A stretch of DNA of 64,000 bases from Oikopleura dioica (GCA_907165135.1 OU015566.1:12338001-12402000), one strand, 5' to 3'; counted from the stretch's first letter, positions 13,300-25,770 are shown. A program made the numbers and translations. Notes: generated from the letters alone by a model not told the origin.

Positions 13300-14522
13300 T
13301 TAGTAGACGAAGATCTGATCGTCGGTGAATCCAAGCTCTTTCAAGTTTGGAAGACAGGCGAATTTGACCATTGGAGGGGGGCCACAGATGAGGATCATTG
13401 TGTCATCCCCAGGGATGGGAAGAGAGGTTGCACACATGTCTGAAAATTATATAAGAAGACAGTATAAAGATCATGTAAGCTCCAAACTCAAATTTGCTAG
13501 GCCCGAACGTTTTCGTTATATTTTATCACTGATAGTATCAGGTACTACCGGCAAGAGACCTAAATCAGGTTACCTTTGTTAATGAAACCAGTCTGGTACT
13601 CCCATCCTTCTTTCGGCCGGTCGACGGTGTACATAAAGTTGAATCGATCGGGATAGTCAGTCTTCACTTGTTCGATTTCTTCCCTCAGCAAAATATCTTC
13701 TTCGGTTTGGTTGGCGAACAAAAGTGAGAGTTTTGTCGATTCTGACGATTTGAAAACGTCCCTATCGAAAAAATAATCTATCTAGAAACTTTTGTGAATA
13801 GTAACTCGCCTGACAATCTGCATCATCGGCGTAATTCCGGATCCGCCAGCGATCATTCCAATATGTTTGATTCCGCTCTTTCTTGTGTTCTCATCTTTAG
13901 CAGTAGCTCCTCGGATCAAGAACTTTCCATTTCGCTGGTAAATGATTCTTCCTTTCGGGCCTGACACGGAAATTTTATCTCCAAGTTGCATTTTGTTCAA
14001 ATACTGGGTCATTTTGCCGCCTTCAGGAAATCGTTCGTTTGGAAGATAAACCTAGAAAATCGCGGTTTTTGAGCATCGATGAAATCAGCAAGTTCTACCT
14101 TTATCAAAAGATCGACGAATCCCAGATCATCATCGGACGAAATCGGTGTGTAGGAACGAATAACAAGCTTTCCATCAATCTTGGCCTTTAGGTTGATGTG
14201 TTGGCCAACGGGCAGTCCCAAGCGATGACCTTCTTTCAATCCAAAGCGGAAAATTTTTGTATCGTGAGAGATTTCCGTCACCTAAACAAATCGGTAACCC
14301 TTTCTGTTTCTTTTTGCCCTTGAAATGTACCTTGATAAGAGGCAGCTCGACAGAATCGTTCGGGTTGACAGAAAGAGTCCTTGGAGTGGTCCTATGGTAT
14401 CCTTTCTTATTCGAAGCATATTTCACCGCCAAATAGACGGCTCCGAAAATGCCGAAAACTCCGGCGAGCATCGGTCCCGGCCCAGAGAGAAAGGACAGTC
14501 CAGTTCCTTTTTTCTCTAGCAT
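13300..14522 (-). CDS. CYB5R: NADH-cytochrome b5 reductase with N-terminal membrane anchor, multi-exon
   Basis: [39 protein letters not shown]. Confidence 0.95.
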
Positions 14523-15237
14523 TTTTTCTAAAAATGAATGAGTTAGATTGACCATTTGGCGCTAGAATCGGACTTAAGAGAACTTTCAACTGGATAATTT
14601 CTCTTTTCTCGCATGAAAATCATTCTTTCTTCTAACTCTACGAAAATCTCTTAATAAAAAGTAGTCATTTTTACGAGTTCGAGGGGACTAAATAAATCGA
14701 GTCGGAGGGACACCAAAATGTTCCGTTGCTGGAGCGAAGAAAAGTGCGGCGCCACGATTGGCTCCGCGGATCTTTCTTTTTCTTTTCATTGCGTCAATTT
14801 TGCGAAAATATGCCTCGAGAGAAAGTTCGCGGCGCTTTCACACTAGAAAGTTTTTTACATTAATTATTTTTTCAACAATTTTATTCATTAGAAATAGATT
14901 TCCGTTAAAGTGACAGTAGAAATAATTTTATACCAACTAACAGCTCACTGGCCTTGGTATACAGGCGTAAATCATTTCATAGATAATTTTATCTTCGATG
15001 CAGTGAGAAATTAATCTTCTTAAAATTATCTTTAAACTTCCTGAGAATACTTCAGTATCAACTTCAATTCACTGTGAATTTCATTGTGTCATTTAATATC
15101 TTAGAAAATCCAGCCTAGCAAACTTTTATACTTCTTTGCCAGGCAAAGTTTGTCTAGCTATGCCGCCCTCTAGTTGTCCCACTTCTTCCCCTCGAATCTC
15201 CCGTCAGGCAAATTTGGTAACCCAAATCTTCTTCAGA

Positions 15238-18145
15238 ATGAAATTGTTTGGTTTGGGCCTAATCGGCCTCCTTAACTCCCCGCTTGGCGTAACTGCCGAT
15301 GCCAACGAAGATCTCGAAGCCCAGCGAAAACAAGTTCTGAAAGAAAATCTGAAGAAAATGAAAGAAACTCACACGAAGGAAGAACTCAAAGAAATCGAAA
15401 CCGAGCATCTGAAAAAAGCGCACAAGGAGCAACTCAACAAAATGGCGGCCAACGGGGCTAAACATGCTTTTGACCATCTTTCGCATTTGAGCGAAAAAGA
15501 CAAAATGAAAGTTCTTGCGGCTCAAGCTGGCCAAGGATGTCCAGTTGCCAGGGCAGAATTGACGAGAATGGTCGAGGCGAAAAAAGAAAAGGAAGCGGCG
15601 AGAGCTGCAGTCTTGAAAATGAGCTCGAAAGAGCTGAAAGAAAAGGCGGCTGAAGGATGCCCTTACGCCAAGAAACGTCTAATCGGTAATAGAAAAAAAA
15701 CTTTTTCTCTCTACAAACCCCTTTAGAATTGAAGAAAAAAGTCGCCGAAAAGAAGCTCGAAGAAGCAAAAGCCGCCGTCGGAGACCTAACAGCTGATCAA
15801 CTGAAAATCCGCGCTGCAGAAGGATGCCCTCACGCTGCCCGAATGCTCGTTGAATTCGAAAACATGCGAAAGCGCAACGAACCACCACCAATTAGCGCTA
15901 GAATTCTTCCAGAAAACGACGATGAAGAGTTCTCCATTGAGGAGTTGAAGCAAATGGCTTCGATGGGAAATGGCTTGGCGGCGGAAAAGCTGCGAGAACT
16001 CGATCCTTCTTTCTTTGAACCAAATGTGGAAGAGCTGAAGAAACGGGCCGAAGCGGGTTGCCCAGTCGCTAGAGCTCAATTGGCTTCGTTGGAGGAGGGA
16101 AAGAAGGATTCTTCCGCAGAAAATGAAAAGCCAAATGTCGAAGCGCTCAAAGCCAGGGCTGCTCAAGGCTGTCCACATGCCAAAGCAGAGCTTGAAAGAC
16201 TCCAAAAAGCAGAAGAAGCGGAAAAACCTTACGTCGAAGCCCTAAAAGCCCGTGCCGCCCAAGGTTGTCCGCATGCAAAAGCCCAACTTGAAAAGTTAAA
16301 GCTTGAAGAAGAAAAAAAGCCAAATGTAGAAGCTATGAAAGCTCGAGCTGCTCAAGGCTGTCCTCATGCCAAAGCTGAGTTAGAAAAGCTCACGAAAAAT
16401 AATGAAGAGGAAAAACCTAATATTGAAGCCCTAAAAGCCAGAGCCGCCCAAGGATGCCCCCATGCAAAAGCCCAGCTTGAAAAGCTTGAGAAAGAAGAGG
16501 GTGGCGAAGGATGCGGCTGCGATAAAGTAATCGAGGCGGGATGGAATAATCGATAAATGAATTTATTTAGGCGGACAGAAAACATTTGAAAAAACAGGAC
16601 GACGAGGAGGTCGAAATCGAAGTGGATAACTCTGAAGATCCGGCGGTTAGAGAAGAGTTTGAATTTCCAGATGATATTACTTACCCAAGGTAAATTATAA
16701 TTCTCTGCGGATAGGGATCATAATAGAGCTAGTTTGATTTGAAATACTGTTTTTCTCTGTCTTGAAATCTTACAATCTTTACTGCATAATGCTTTATTTT
16801 TGATCCCCTCAATTGGACGAGAGGGGTTATTCTATTTGAATTCGAATAAATAACAGTTTGGGGGGTCCTCGGTGAGCATATCATTGATATGACATCAAAA
16901 AAGCAGTTTCGGAGAATCTTGTTTGAGAATCTTCATTTTAAAAATTTATTTGATAAATCCATCTCAAATGGACGATGGTAAGCATCGAAAAATTTATCGC
17001 AGAAAGTCTCCCAGGAAGAAATTGAAATATTACAATCAGTATACTGATTGTTATCGTGATAAAGCCCAGAACAAACCAAAAAAGGATCGATCTAAAAATC
17101 CACTTTTCAGGCACCAGCGATACAATCAGGAAGCCCGAATTCCGGCTGGAACCTTCACGATGGGCGACAATGAAGAGTTAATGCCTGGCGATGGTGAAGC
17201 TCCGGAACGACAAGTTACGATCTCGTCAGATTTCTTTATTGGTAAATCTACAGACCTGGGGCCAATCGTTTTGACGGATTTATATTCTAGATAAATATGA
17301 GGTAACGAACAGCGAGTTTTATCGTTTTGCTCACGAGACCGGCTATGTTACGGAAGCGGAAAAGTTCGGCGATTCATTTTGCTTCATCAATTTCATCCCT
17401 GAGAAGACAAAAGAAAAGATCGAGCTAGAAGTGAAAGAAACTCCTTGGTGGTTGCCTGTCCAAGGCGCAAGCTGGCTCCACCCAGTTGGCCCGGAAAAGG
17501 ATCTTACGGGCATTTGGGATCATCCTGCTGTTCATATTAGCTGGAATGACGCTGTTGAATACTGCAAGTGGGCTGGTAAACGACTCCCGACAGAGGCAGA
17601 ATGGGAATATGCTTCGCGAGGCGGCTTGGAAGGTCGACTCTTTTCATGGGGAAACAAGGACAAACCAAAGGGAATGCATTACATGAACATCTGGCAAGGA
17701 GAATTCCCCACTGAAAATACAGAGGAAGATGGCCACAGTTCTACAGGTAAATTAGCTCTTTTACTTATCAAAACAAATTGACAACTCTTTGTTTAGCACC
17801 TGTGGATTACTACCCCTCCCAGAATAAATACGGCTTGTTTAATATGCTCGGAAATGTTTGGGAATGGACGGCAGATAATTGGTCCAACAGACACTCGGGA
17901 GAAGCTGTTTCAGATCCACAAGGTAAGCCTTTTCTTCAGTTATTTATAAACAGCAATTATTACTAGGCCCACCATCCGGAACAGATCGTGTGAAGAAAGG
18001 AGGCTCCTTCCTCTGCACAACTCAATACTGCTATCGTTACAGAAACGCCGCTCGCCATCACAATACGCCCGATTCTTCCGCTCAAAATTTAGGGTTCAGA
18101 TGCGCTAGAACCGCGAATTCGAAATCAGTCCACGACGAACTGTAA
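15238..18145 (+). CDS. SUMF1: Formylglycine-generating enzyme (SUMF1) with a large N-terminal Gly-Cys-Pro repeat extension; 7 exons, 752 aa
   Basis: Exons 15238-15685, 15727-16526, 16571-16689, 17111-17241, 17291-17746, 17797-17922 and 17967-18145, all GT-AG, total 2259 nt in one open frame. Motifs: [58 protein letters not shown], terminal HDEL. Confidence 0.88.
15520..16500 (+). repeat. Coding repeat array: 8 x [L-K-x-R/K-A-A-x-G-C-P-H/V/Y-A-x-x-x-L] plus 2 Cys-less degenerate units
   Basis: Read directly in ORFs 15136-15726 and 15729-16556. The last four units are near-identical with a 31-32 aa period. Confidence 0.9.
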
Positions 18146-18424
18146 TTTATATTGATGCCAAAAGTGATTCACCGCTGCTCTTTTTCTTGCTAATTTTAAG
18201 ATTCTTTCAAAGCCAATATTTTTTATCAAACAAATATTCGTGCAATATTTGAAGAAAACACTGATAGTTCCTATCTTCCTAAGTTCTTATGAAAATACTC
18301 GTTCAAATCAATTCATCTTCTTTACTTCTGTACTATTTATCTATCTATCTTTCATGAATTCAGAATTGCTCAAATTTCATTCTCTCGATTCTATCTTTTT
18401 CTATTCGCTTTTAGAAATGAAAAT

Positions 18425-20541
18425 ATGCCCCTCGTAAGGAGATCGATACAGCCTCAAGACCTCTGTCGGAAGAAACTTCCAGAACATGTCGAATCGGAGC
18501 TTGAAATGGTCACAAATAACGCCCTCTGTGGCGTTATTTCTCAACTTTCAGGTAGTCTTCCTTGATTTCAGTTAATTTCCAACACCTCCTTCAAGATCTC
18601 TCCCGACACGCAGAGAATTTATTCCAAGAACTCAGCTTGGAAGCGACGAATTTTACTGATAGAGCACGGGAACTGGAAGAAAGAGTTGTAGATCTCAGCC
18701 AGCGACTTTCAATAGACAGAAACAACAACGCCGAATTAGAATTGAGAAATAGGGAAATTCAGTTTGACCGGTACATCATGGCGAGAGATACGATTCCACA
18801 ATCGCTAAAAGAAGTGTATGATCGCGCAGATGCTCCACCAGCACTAGAAAAGCTTCAGGTAAGAAATAACTGATGATTTTTTGTAAATTTTTGCAGAAAT
18901 ACCGAGACGACGGGAAAAACTGCCTGAAAATGTACACGAACCCGGACTACTTCTACCTCATTTGGCGTGAAAAGATTCAAGCCGAAAATGAAGCCGATCG
19001 AAAGAGAAAACGCGACGAACGCGAGCGCAAAAAGCAGCAACTCAAGGTAACTCTTCAGTCAACTCGTGGTACTTGAGCTTCAGCTTGTCAAAACTTTCTT
19101 TTCGGCCAATCAATTGATGGAATCTGATCGAGAATTCATTAAATATTTTTAGATTCAGAAAGCCAAGCAACCGGAGAATCCAAAACCAGCGTCGAGGCCT
19201 TACTTGTAAGAAAAGTATTCTTTAAAAACACGCTCATTTAAAATTTAAGCGATAAAAATCAAGAAAAGGGCCGAGGAAAGGAGTTCCAAAAGTCCATCAG
19301 GATCCCAGCCGACTCAACGACGTACAGAAGAGACTCGCAGCCAATTAATCCGACTTCGAATTATATGGATACACTCCCTAGGAACGGATTTCTCGCTTTC
19401 AAGATTACTGTTGATTCTACTTCAGAAGTAAGTTCAGGAGAAAATCCTCGTTCAGAAAGAAAAACTCAAATGCCAAGAAACCCCAGTCAACAACAAACCT
19501 TTCTCATCAAAGTTCAATGTCCCACGAAATGTCAAAAATGTCGATTCGCTCAACCGCCTCAGCATCTCAGATTCGCCAGCACCAACAGTCGTCTTTCCCT
19601 CAGCCTCCACCGGCTCACATTCCTCCTCCTCCAAGTAGCGGATCTTTTCCGCCACCGCCTTCAGGATCTGCATGGCCACAGCCGCCCGCTGGCTTTCCCC
19701 CTTCGCCGGCTCCGTCGCAGCTTCCTAGCTATCAGAAACCAGGAGGCATGCCTCCGGGAATGACACACTTGCCTCCTAGTAATGTGCCTCCAACTCCTCC
19801 AGCTGCTGGTGGGCCGCCACCACCACCGCCGCCTCCTGGCATTGCACCTCCTCCGGGTCCTTCGTCTGGTCCTCCTCCACCTCCTGGTCCCGCTCCCCCG
19901 CCTGCACCAGCCCCAGCTCCGGCAAAATCAGCGGTATTGACAATTCAATTGAATCCTTTCCAGAAAATCCTTTTCAGATCGTTTCACCACCAAGTGGAGC
20001 AATCCAAAAGAGCGTGGATAACCGATCGGATCTTCTTGCACAAATTCAAAAGGGCCGAGAATTGCGGGTAGCTTTCAAGCATCTTAAACAAATCTTTTAA
20101 AAATAATTAAGCGAGTGCAACGCGAAGAGAAAGCACCTCCACCAAGTTCAACAGCTGGCGGAGGCATGATGACGGCGATGATGTCGATTGATGAGATCTT
20201 GCGAACGCGTAGAAACGTCATAGAGAGCAGCTCAGGTTAGTTTATTATCGAATCGAAGCTCGTACAAAGCTTTAGCGAGTAAATTTTATGATGACTGCGA
20301 AGTCGATGATGGTGACATTGAAGAGTTCTCCTTTTTTGAGAGCGACTTTGATAGTGATGACTTAGAAGACGAGTCATTTATTATCGATTTATAGGTTGAC
20401 TAGGATTCACTAACAAGAAAACCTAAAACCATGCGAGATTCACGAAGAAGACTAAAAATGAAGACTAAATTCGATGAATTTCAATTAACTTCTATTTTAG
20501 GCGAATCTGGCAGCGAGTCCGACTCTGAATGGGACGACTGA
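18425..20541 (+). CDS. WASF: WAVE/SCAR (Wiskott-Aldrich family verprolin homologue), multi-exon
   Basis: WHD start MPLVRRSIQPQDLCR...ELEMVTNNALCGVI, YTNPDYFYLIWREK, basic region, polyproline tract, WH2 (LLAQIQKGRELR) and acidic tail ending EWDD. Confidence 0.93.
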
Positions 20542-21314
20542 ATGGAAATACAATCAGCCCAATTGCCAACGTCCCGAATCTCTAACCAGTAAATAAATCA
20601 GTATACAAACTGTATGTTTCAACTTGTATCACAACACTTTACTATTCCCCTTACCAAAGACCAACTAACAATGAACAACTTAATTCCTGTTTATATTTAA
20701 TCCCTTATCCAAGTTACGGTTACTGTTATATATGGCTTATATATAATTTAAATACTTCTGTAAGATATATTGAGTAATAAGCGTAACCTGTGACAAAATG
20801 CGTGTAATAATTCTTTCACTTCACTAAAAATTCTTCAAATAATTCGTGATGACTTTGATTCTTCTGCAATACAATCGTACTTAACAGTACAAGCAAAACT
20901 AAACATATAAGAGAAACATTTGTCTTGTTTTTCTATTTAATAGTAGAGAGTAATTTACTCTTTTTTTTTTGTTTCCTTTAACTGATGCAGTAATATGCAG
21001 GAGATTGAAAAATAATCGGATAAATCACCAACGTTTCAAAATGACATTGAAGAGGGAAATGAATCATCCAGCCAGTCAGTGAACTCCACAGAATAGCAAG
21101 CAAAGAAGACCTTCACAGAAAGGTACGTATATTTTATAGAATGAAGGATAAAAGATGTTACTCAGAAGCAGTTTTCAAGAATCTCTCTAAATTTTTTAAT
21201 TTCAAAAATTCACTGCACAAATTTTTTATGAAATAAAAATGTCTTCAAATGCTTGATTTTACAGTTTGCTCTGGAATGAACTGGATGGTGTAAGCAGTAG
21301 GAAAAAGATACCAC

Positions 21315-22338
21315 TTGTTCTTCTCCATGTTTCCGAACTCTTCGTTCACTAATTTGCATTTTATCAGACTGATTTTGTCGGTTGAGAGACAAGAGTTTGA
21401 AGGGAATTCGAGTGCTGGATGGGAGGAGGTTGTTTTTGAAAATAGAAAAGGAAAAGTTTTTCGTGATGGCAAAGAAAAAGAAAAATGGGCGATTACTGCA
21501 TTCCAAAAAACGATTCTGGACCAGGATTCTTCGCGAATTCGCCAAAAAGCGAAGCGAAGCGAGGCAAAGCGAAATAGAAACTTGAAAAACCGAAAAATCG
21601 CACGATCTGAATTGAAAGAAGAAGCCGGAGAATGGATTCTGCACAGATCTTTAAAATCGATTTCTGAAGGAGGAGAAGCGATTGTTTTGGAAGAAAAGTT
21701 TGGAGAATTGAACGTCGCCGGGTGCAGGCTTTTGACTCGGCGTTGTTTACTAAAAATGATGAAGAGTTGAAGTTTAAGATTCATCTTTCCAATGGTAAGA
21801 ATAATTGTTTTATTTTCGATTTTTTCATTTTTAGATTATGGAACCGCCGAAAATAGAGAAGAAGATGACGTTCCCGTGATCCCCCGGCATTCAAATATCA
21901 TCAAGAATCATTGCAACATCGAAGTCTACTCGAGCAAAGACAACAAAAATGAATGATCGTGGATCACGATCATGGAAAAGTGCGACGGTAATCTCCGAAG
22001 CCGACTTAAAAAAGAAGATCTCAACTTGGAAGCACGAAAGAGTGAAAGCGAAAGAGTGAAAGAGTGAAAGCATGAAAGAGCACGGAGTGAAAGACGGACT
22101 TGCTTATTTGGAGCGCGTCGGAATCGGGCATAAAGACAAGAAGCCCGAAAATGTTCTCCTCAAAGATGGAAAACCATGGATCGATTACGGAACGTTGGAA
22201 CTACGTTCCGATTACGGAACGTTGGAACGTTGGAACGAAGAAGCTACCGCGAAATGGGCTACGCGCGGAGAGGAAGCAAATATAAAAACAGATTCTATTT
22301 ATGTAAGTTTTAAATTCGATTATTTTGAATTAATTTAG
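21315..22338 (+). pseudogene. Degenerate protein kinase (fragmented)
   Basis: ISEGGEAIV (Gly loop), MEKCDGNL (hinge), GLAYL..HKDKKPENVLL (catalytic loop variant) and WIDYG (DFG-like), interrupted by stops, frameshifts and micro-duplications. Confidence 0.6.
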
Positions 22339-22546
22339 ATGCTGGTTCTGCTGCTTTTTCGGGAACTTTCGGGAAAAAGGATTCACAAAAAAGTCTTCTT
22401 TACAATCCCATCGGATTCGAAAAGAAGGATTCGAAATGATCCCTGGTTGAAAACGCTTCTAGAAATATCCCTGGTTGGGTCTTTAAAAAACGCTTCTGGC
22501 CGATTCACAGTCTCTAGAAATATCCCTGGTTGGGTCTTTAAAAAAC

Positions 22547-25500
22547 ATGTCTCAGTCTCTAGAAACACATCGGGTTAATAAAAAAAGAAAGCCTGTGGCC
22601 ATGTCTCAGTCTCTAGAAACACATCGGGTTAATAAAAAAAGAAAGCCTGTGGCCATGTCTCAGTCTCTAGAAACACATCGGGTTAATAAAAAAAGAAAGC
22701 CTGTGGCCATGTCTCAGTCTCTAGAAACACATCGGGTTAATAAAAAAAGAAAGCCTGTGGCCATGTCTCAGTCTCTAGAAACACATCGGGTTAATAAAAA
22801 GAAAGCCTGTGGCCATGTCTCAGTCTCTAGAAACACATCGGGTTAATAAAAAAAGAAAGCCTGTGGCCATGTCTCAGTCTCTAGAAACACATCGGGTTAA
22901 TAAAAAAAGAAAGCCTGTGGCCATGTCTCAGTCTCTAGAAACACATCGGGTTAATAAAAAAAGAAAGCCTGTGGCCATGTCTCAGTCTCTAGAAACACAT
23001 CGGGTTAATAAAAAAAGAAAGCCTGTGGCCATGTCTCAGTCTCTAGAAACACATCGGGTTAATAAAAAAAGAAAGCCTGTGGCCATGTCTCAGTCTCTAG
23101 AAACACATCGGGTTAATAAAAAAAGAAAGCCTGTGGCCATGTCTCAGTCTCTAGAAACACATCGGGTTAATAAAAAAAGTACGCCTGTGGCCATGTCTCA
23201 GTCTCTAGAAACACATCGGGTTAATAAAAAAAGAAAGCCTGTGGCCATGTCTCAGTCTCTAGAAACACATCGGGTTAATAAAAAAGAACGCCTGTGGCCA
23301 TGTCTCAGTCTCTAGAAACACATCGGGTTAATAAAAAGAAAGCCTGTGGCCATGTCTCAGTCTCTAGAAACACATCGGGTTAATAAAAAAAAAGAAACAA
23401 TCGCCTGTGGCCATGTCTCAGTCTCTAGAAACACATCGGGTTAATAAAAAAGTACGCCTGTGGCCATGTCTCAGTCTCTAGAAACACATCGGGTTAATAA
23501 AAAGTACGCCTGTGGCCATGTCTCAGTCTCTAGAAACACATCGGGTTAATAAAAAAAGAACGCCTGTGGCCATGTCTCAGTCTCTAGAAACACATCGGGT
23601 TAATAAAAAAAGTACGCCTGTGGCCATGTCTCAGTCTCTAGAAACACATCGGGTTAATAAAAAAAGTACGCCTGTGGCCATGTCTCAGTCTCTAGAAACA
23701 CATCGGGTTAATAAAAAAAGTACGCCTGTGGCCATGTCTCAGTCTCTAGAAACACATCGGGTTAATAAAAAAAGTACGCCTGTGGCCATGTCTCAGTCTC
23801 TAGAAACACATCGGGTTAATAAAAAAAGAAAGCCTGTGGCCATGTCTCAGTCTCTAGAAACACATCGGGTTAATAAAAAAAGTACGCCTGTGGCCATGTC
23901 TCAGTCTCTAGAAACACATCGGGTTAATAAAAAAAGTACGCCTGTGGCCATGTCTCAGTCTCTAGAAACACATCGGGTTAATAAAAAAAGTACGCCTGTG
24001 GCCATGTCTCAGTCTCTAGAAACACATCGGGTTAATAAAAAAAGTACGCCTGTGGCCATGTCTCAGTCTCTAGAAACACATCGGGTTAATAAAAAGTACG
24101 CCTGTGGCCATGTCTCAGTCTCTAGAAACACATCGGGTTAATAAAAAGTACGCCTGTGGCCATGTCTCAGTCTCTAGAAACACATCGGGTTAATAAAAAA
24201 AGTACGCCTGTGGCCATGTCTCAGTCTCTAGAAACACATCGGGTTAATAAAAAAAGTACGCCTGTGGCCATGTCTCAGTCTCTAGAAACACATCGGGTTA
24301 ATAAAAAAAGTACGCCTGTGGCCATGTCTCAGTCTCTAGAAACACATCGGGTTAATAAAAAAAGTACGCCTGTGGCCATGTCTCAGTCTCTAGAAACACA
24401 TCGGGTTAATAAAAAAAGTACGCCTGTGGCCATGTCTCAGTCTCTAGAAACACATCGGGTTAATAAAAAAAGTACGCCTGTGGCCATGTCTCAGTCTCTA
24501 GAAACACATCGGGTTAATAAAAAAAGTACGCCTGTGGCCATGTCTCAGTCTCTAGAAACACATCGGGTTAATAAAAAAAGTACGCCTGTGGCCATGTCTC
24601 AGTCTCTAGAAACACATCGGGTTAATAAAAAGTACGCCTGTGGCCATGTCTCAGTCTCTAGAAACACATCGGGTTAAAAAGTACGCCTGTGGCCATGTCT
24701 CAGTCTCTAGAAACACATCGGGTTAATAAAAAGTACGCCTGTGGCCATGTCTCAGTCTCTAGAAACACATCGGGTTAATAAAAAGTACGCCTGTGGCCAT
24801 GTCTCAGTCTCTAGAAACACATCGGGTTAATAAAAAGTACGCCTGTGGCCATGTCTCAGTCTCTAGAAACACATCGGGTTAATAAAAAGTACGCCTGTGG
24901 CCATGTCTCAGTCTCTAGAAACACATCGGGTTAATAAAAAGTACGCCTGTGGCCATGTCTCAGTCTCTAGAAACACATCGGGTTAATAAAAAGTACGCCT
25001 GTGGCCATGTCTCAGTCTCTAGAAACACATCGGGTTAATAAAAAGTACGCCTGTGGCCATGTCTCAGTCTCTAGAAACACATCGGGTTAATAAAAAACGC
25101 CTGTGGCCATGTCTCAGTCTCTGTCGGGTTAATAAAAAAAGTACGCCTGTGGCCATGTCTCAGTCTCTAGAAACACATCGGGTTAATAAAAAAAGTACGC
25201 CTGTGGCCATGTCTCAGTCTCTAGAAACACATCGGGTTAATAAAAAAAGTACGCCTGTGGCCATGTCTCAGTCTCTAGAAACACATCGGGTTAATAAAAA
25301 AAGTACGCCTGTGGCCATGTCTCAGTCTCTAGAAACACATCGGGTTAATAAAAAGTCTCAGTCTCTAGAAACACATCGGGTTAATAAAAAGTACGCCATG
25401 TCTCAGTCTCTAGAAACACATCGGGTTAATAAAAAGTACGCCTGTGGCCATGTCTCAGTCTCTAGAAACACATCAGTCGCCATGTCTCAGTCTCTAGAAA

Positions 25501-25770
25501 CACATCGGGTTAAAAAAAGTACGCCTGTGGCCATGTCTGTCTCTAGAAACACATGTTAGTGTCTCAGTCTCTAGAAACACATCGGGTTAATAAAAAAAGT
25601 ACGCCTGTGGCCATGTCTCAGTCTCTAGAAACACATCGGGTTAATAAAAAAAGTACGCCTGTGGCCATGTCTCAGTCTCTAGAAACACATCGGGTTAATA
25701 AAAAAAGTACGCCTGTGGCCATGTCTCAGTCTCTAGAAACACATCGGGTTAATAAAAAAAGTACGCCTGT
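22547..25770. repeat. Tandem minisatellite, ~54-bp unit, about 60 copies
   Basis: Unit ATGTCTCAGTCTCTAGAAACACATCGGGTTAATAAAAAAAG(AAAG/TACG)CCTGTGGCC with variable A-run length; no unique spacers. Confidence 0.97.

Noticed and set aside
16923-17110. Basic ORF (MDDGKHRK...) as an alternative start of a short SUMF1
   Set aside because: It lies in intron 3, has no signal peptide, and the upstream exons already splice in frame. Cannot be excluded without RNA data.
21210-21784. Minus-strand ORFs of 144 and 179 aa
   Set aside because: Phe/Ser-rich antisense of the purine-rich kinase pseudogene.
22547-25770. CRISPR array
   Set aside because: Units are head-to-tail with no unique spacers, the context is eukaryotic, and no cas genes are present.
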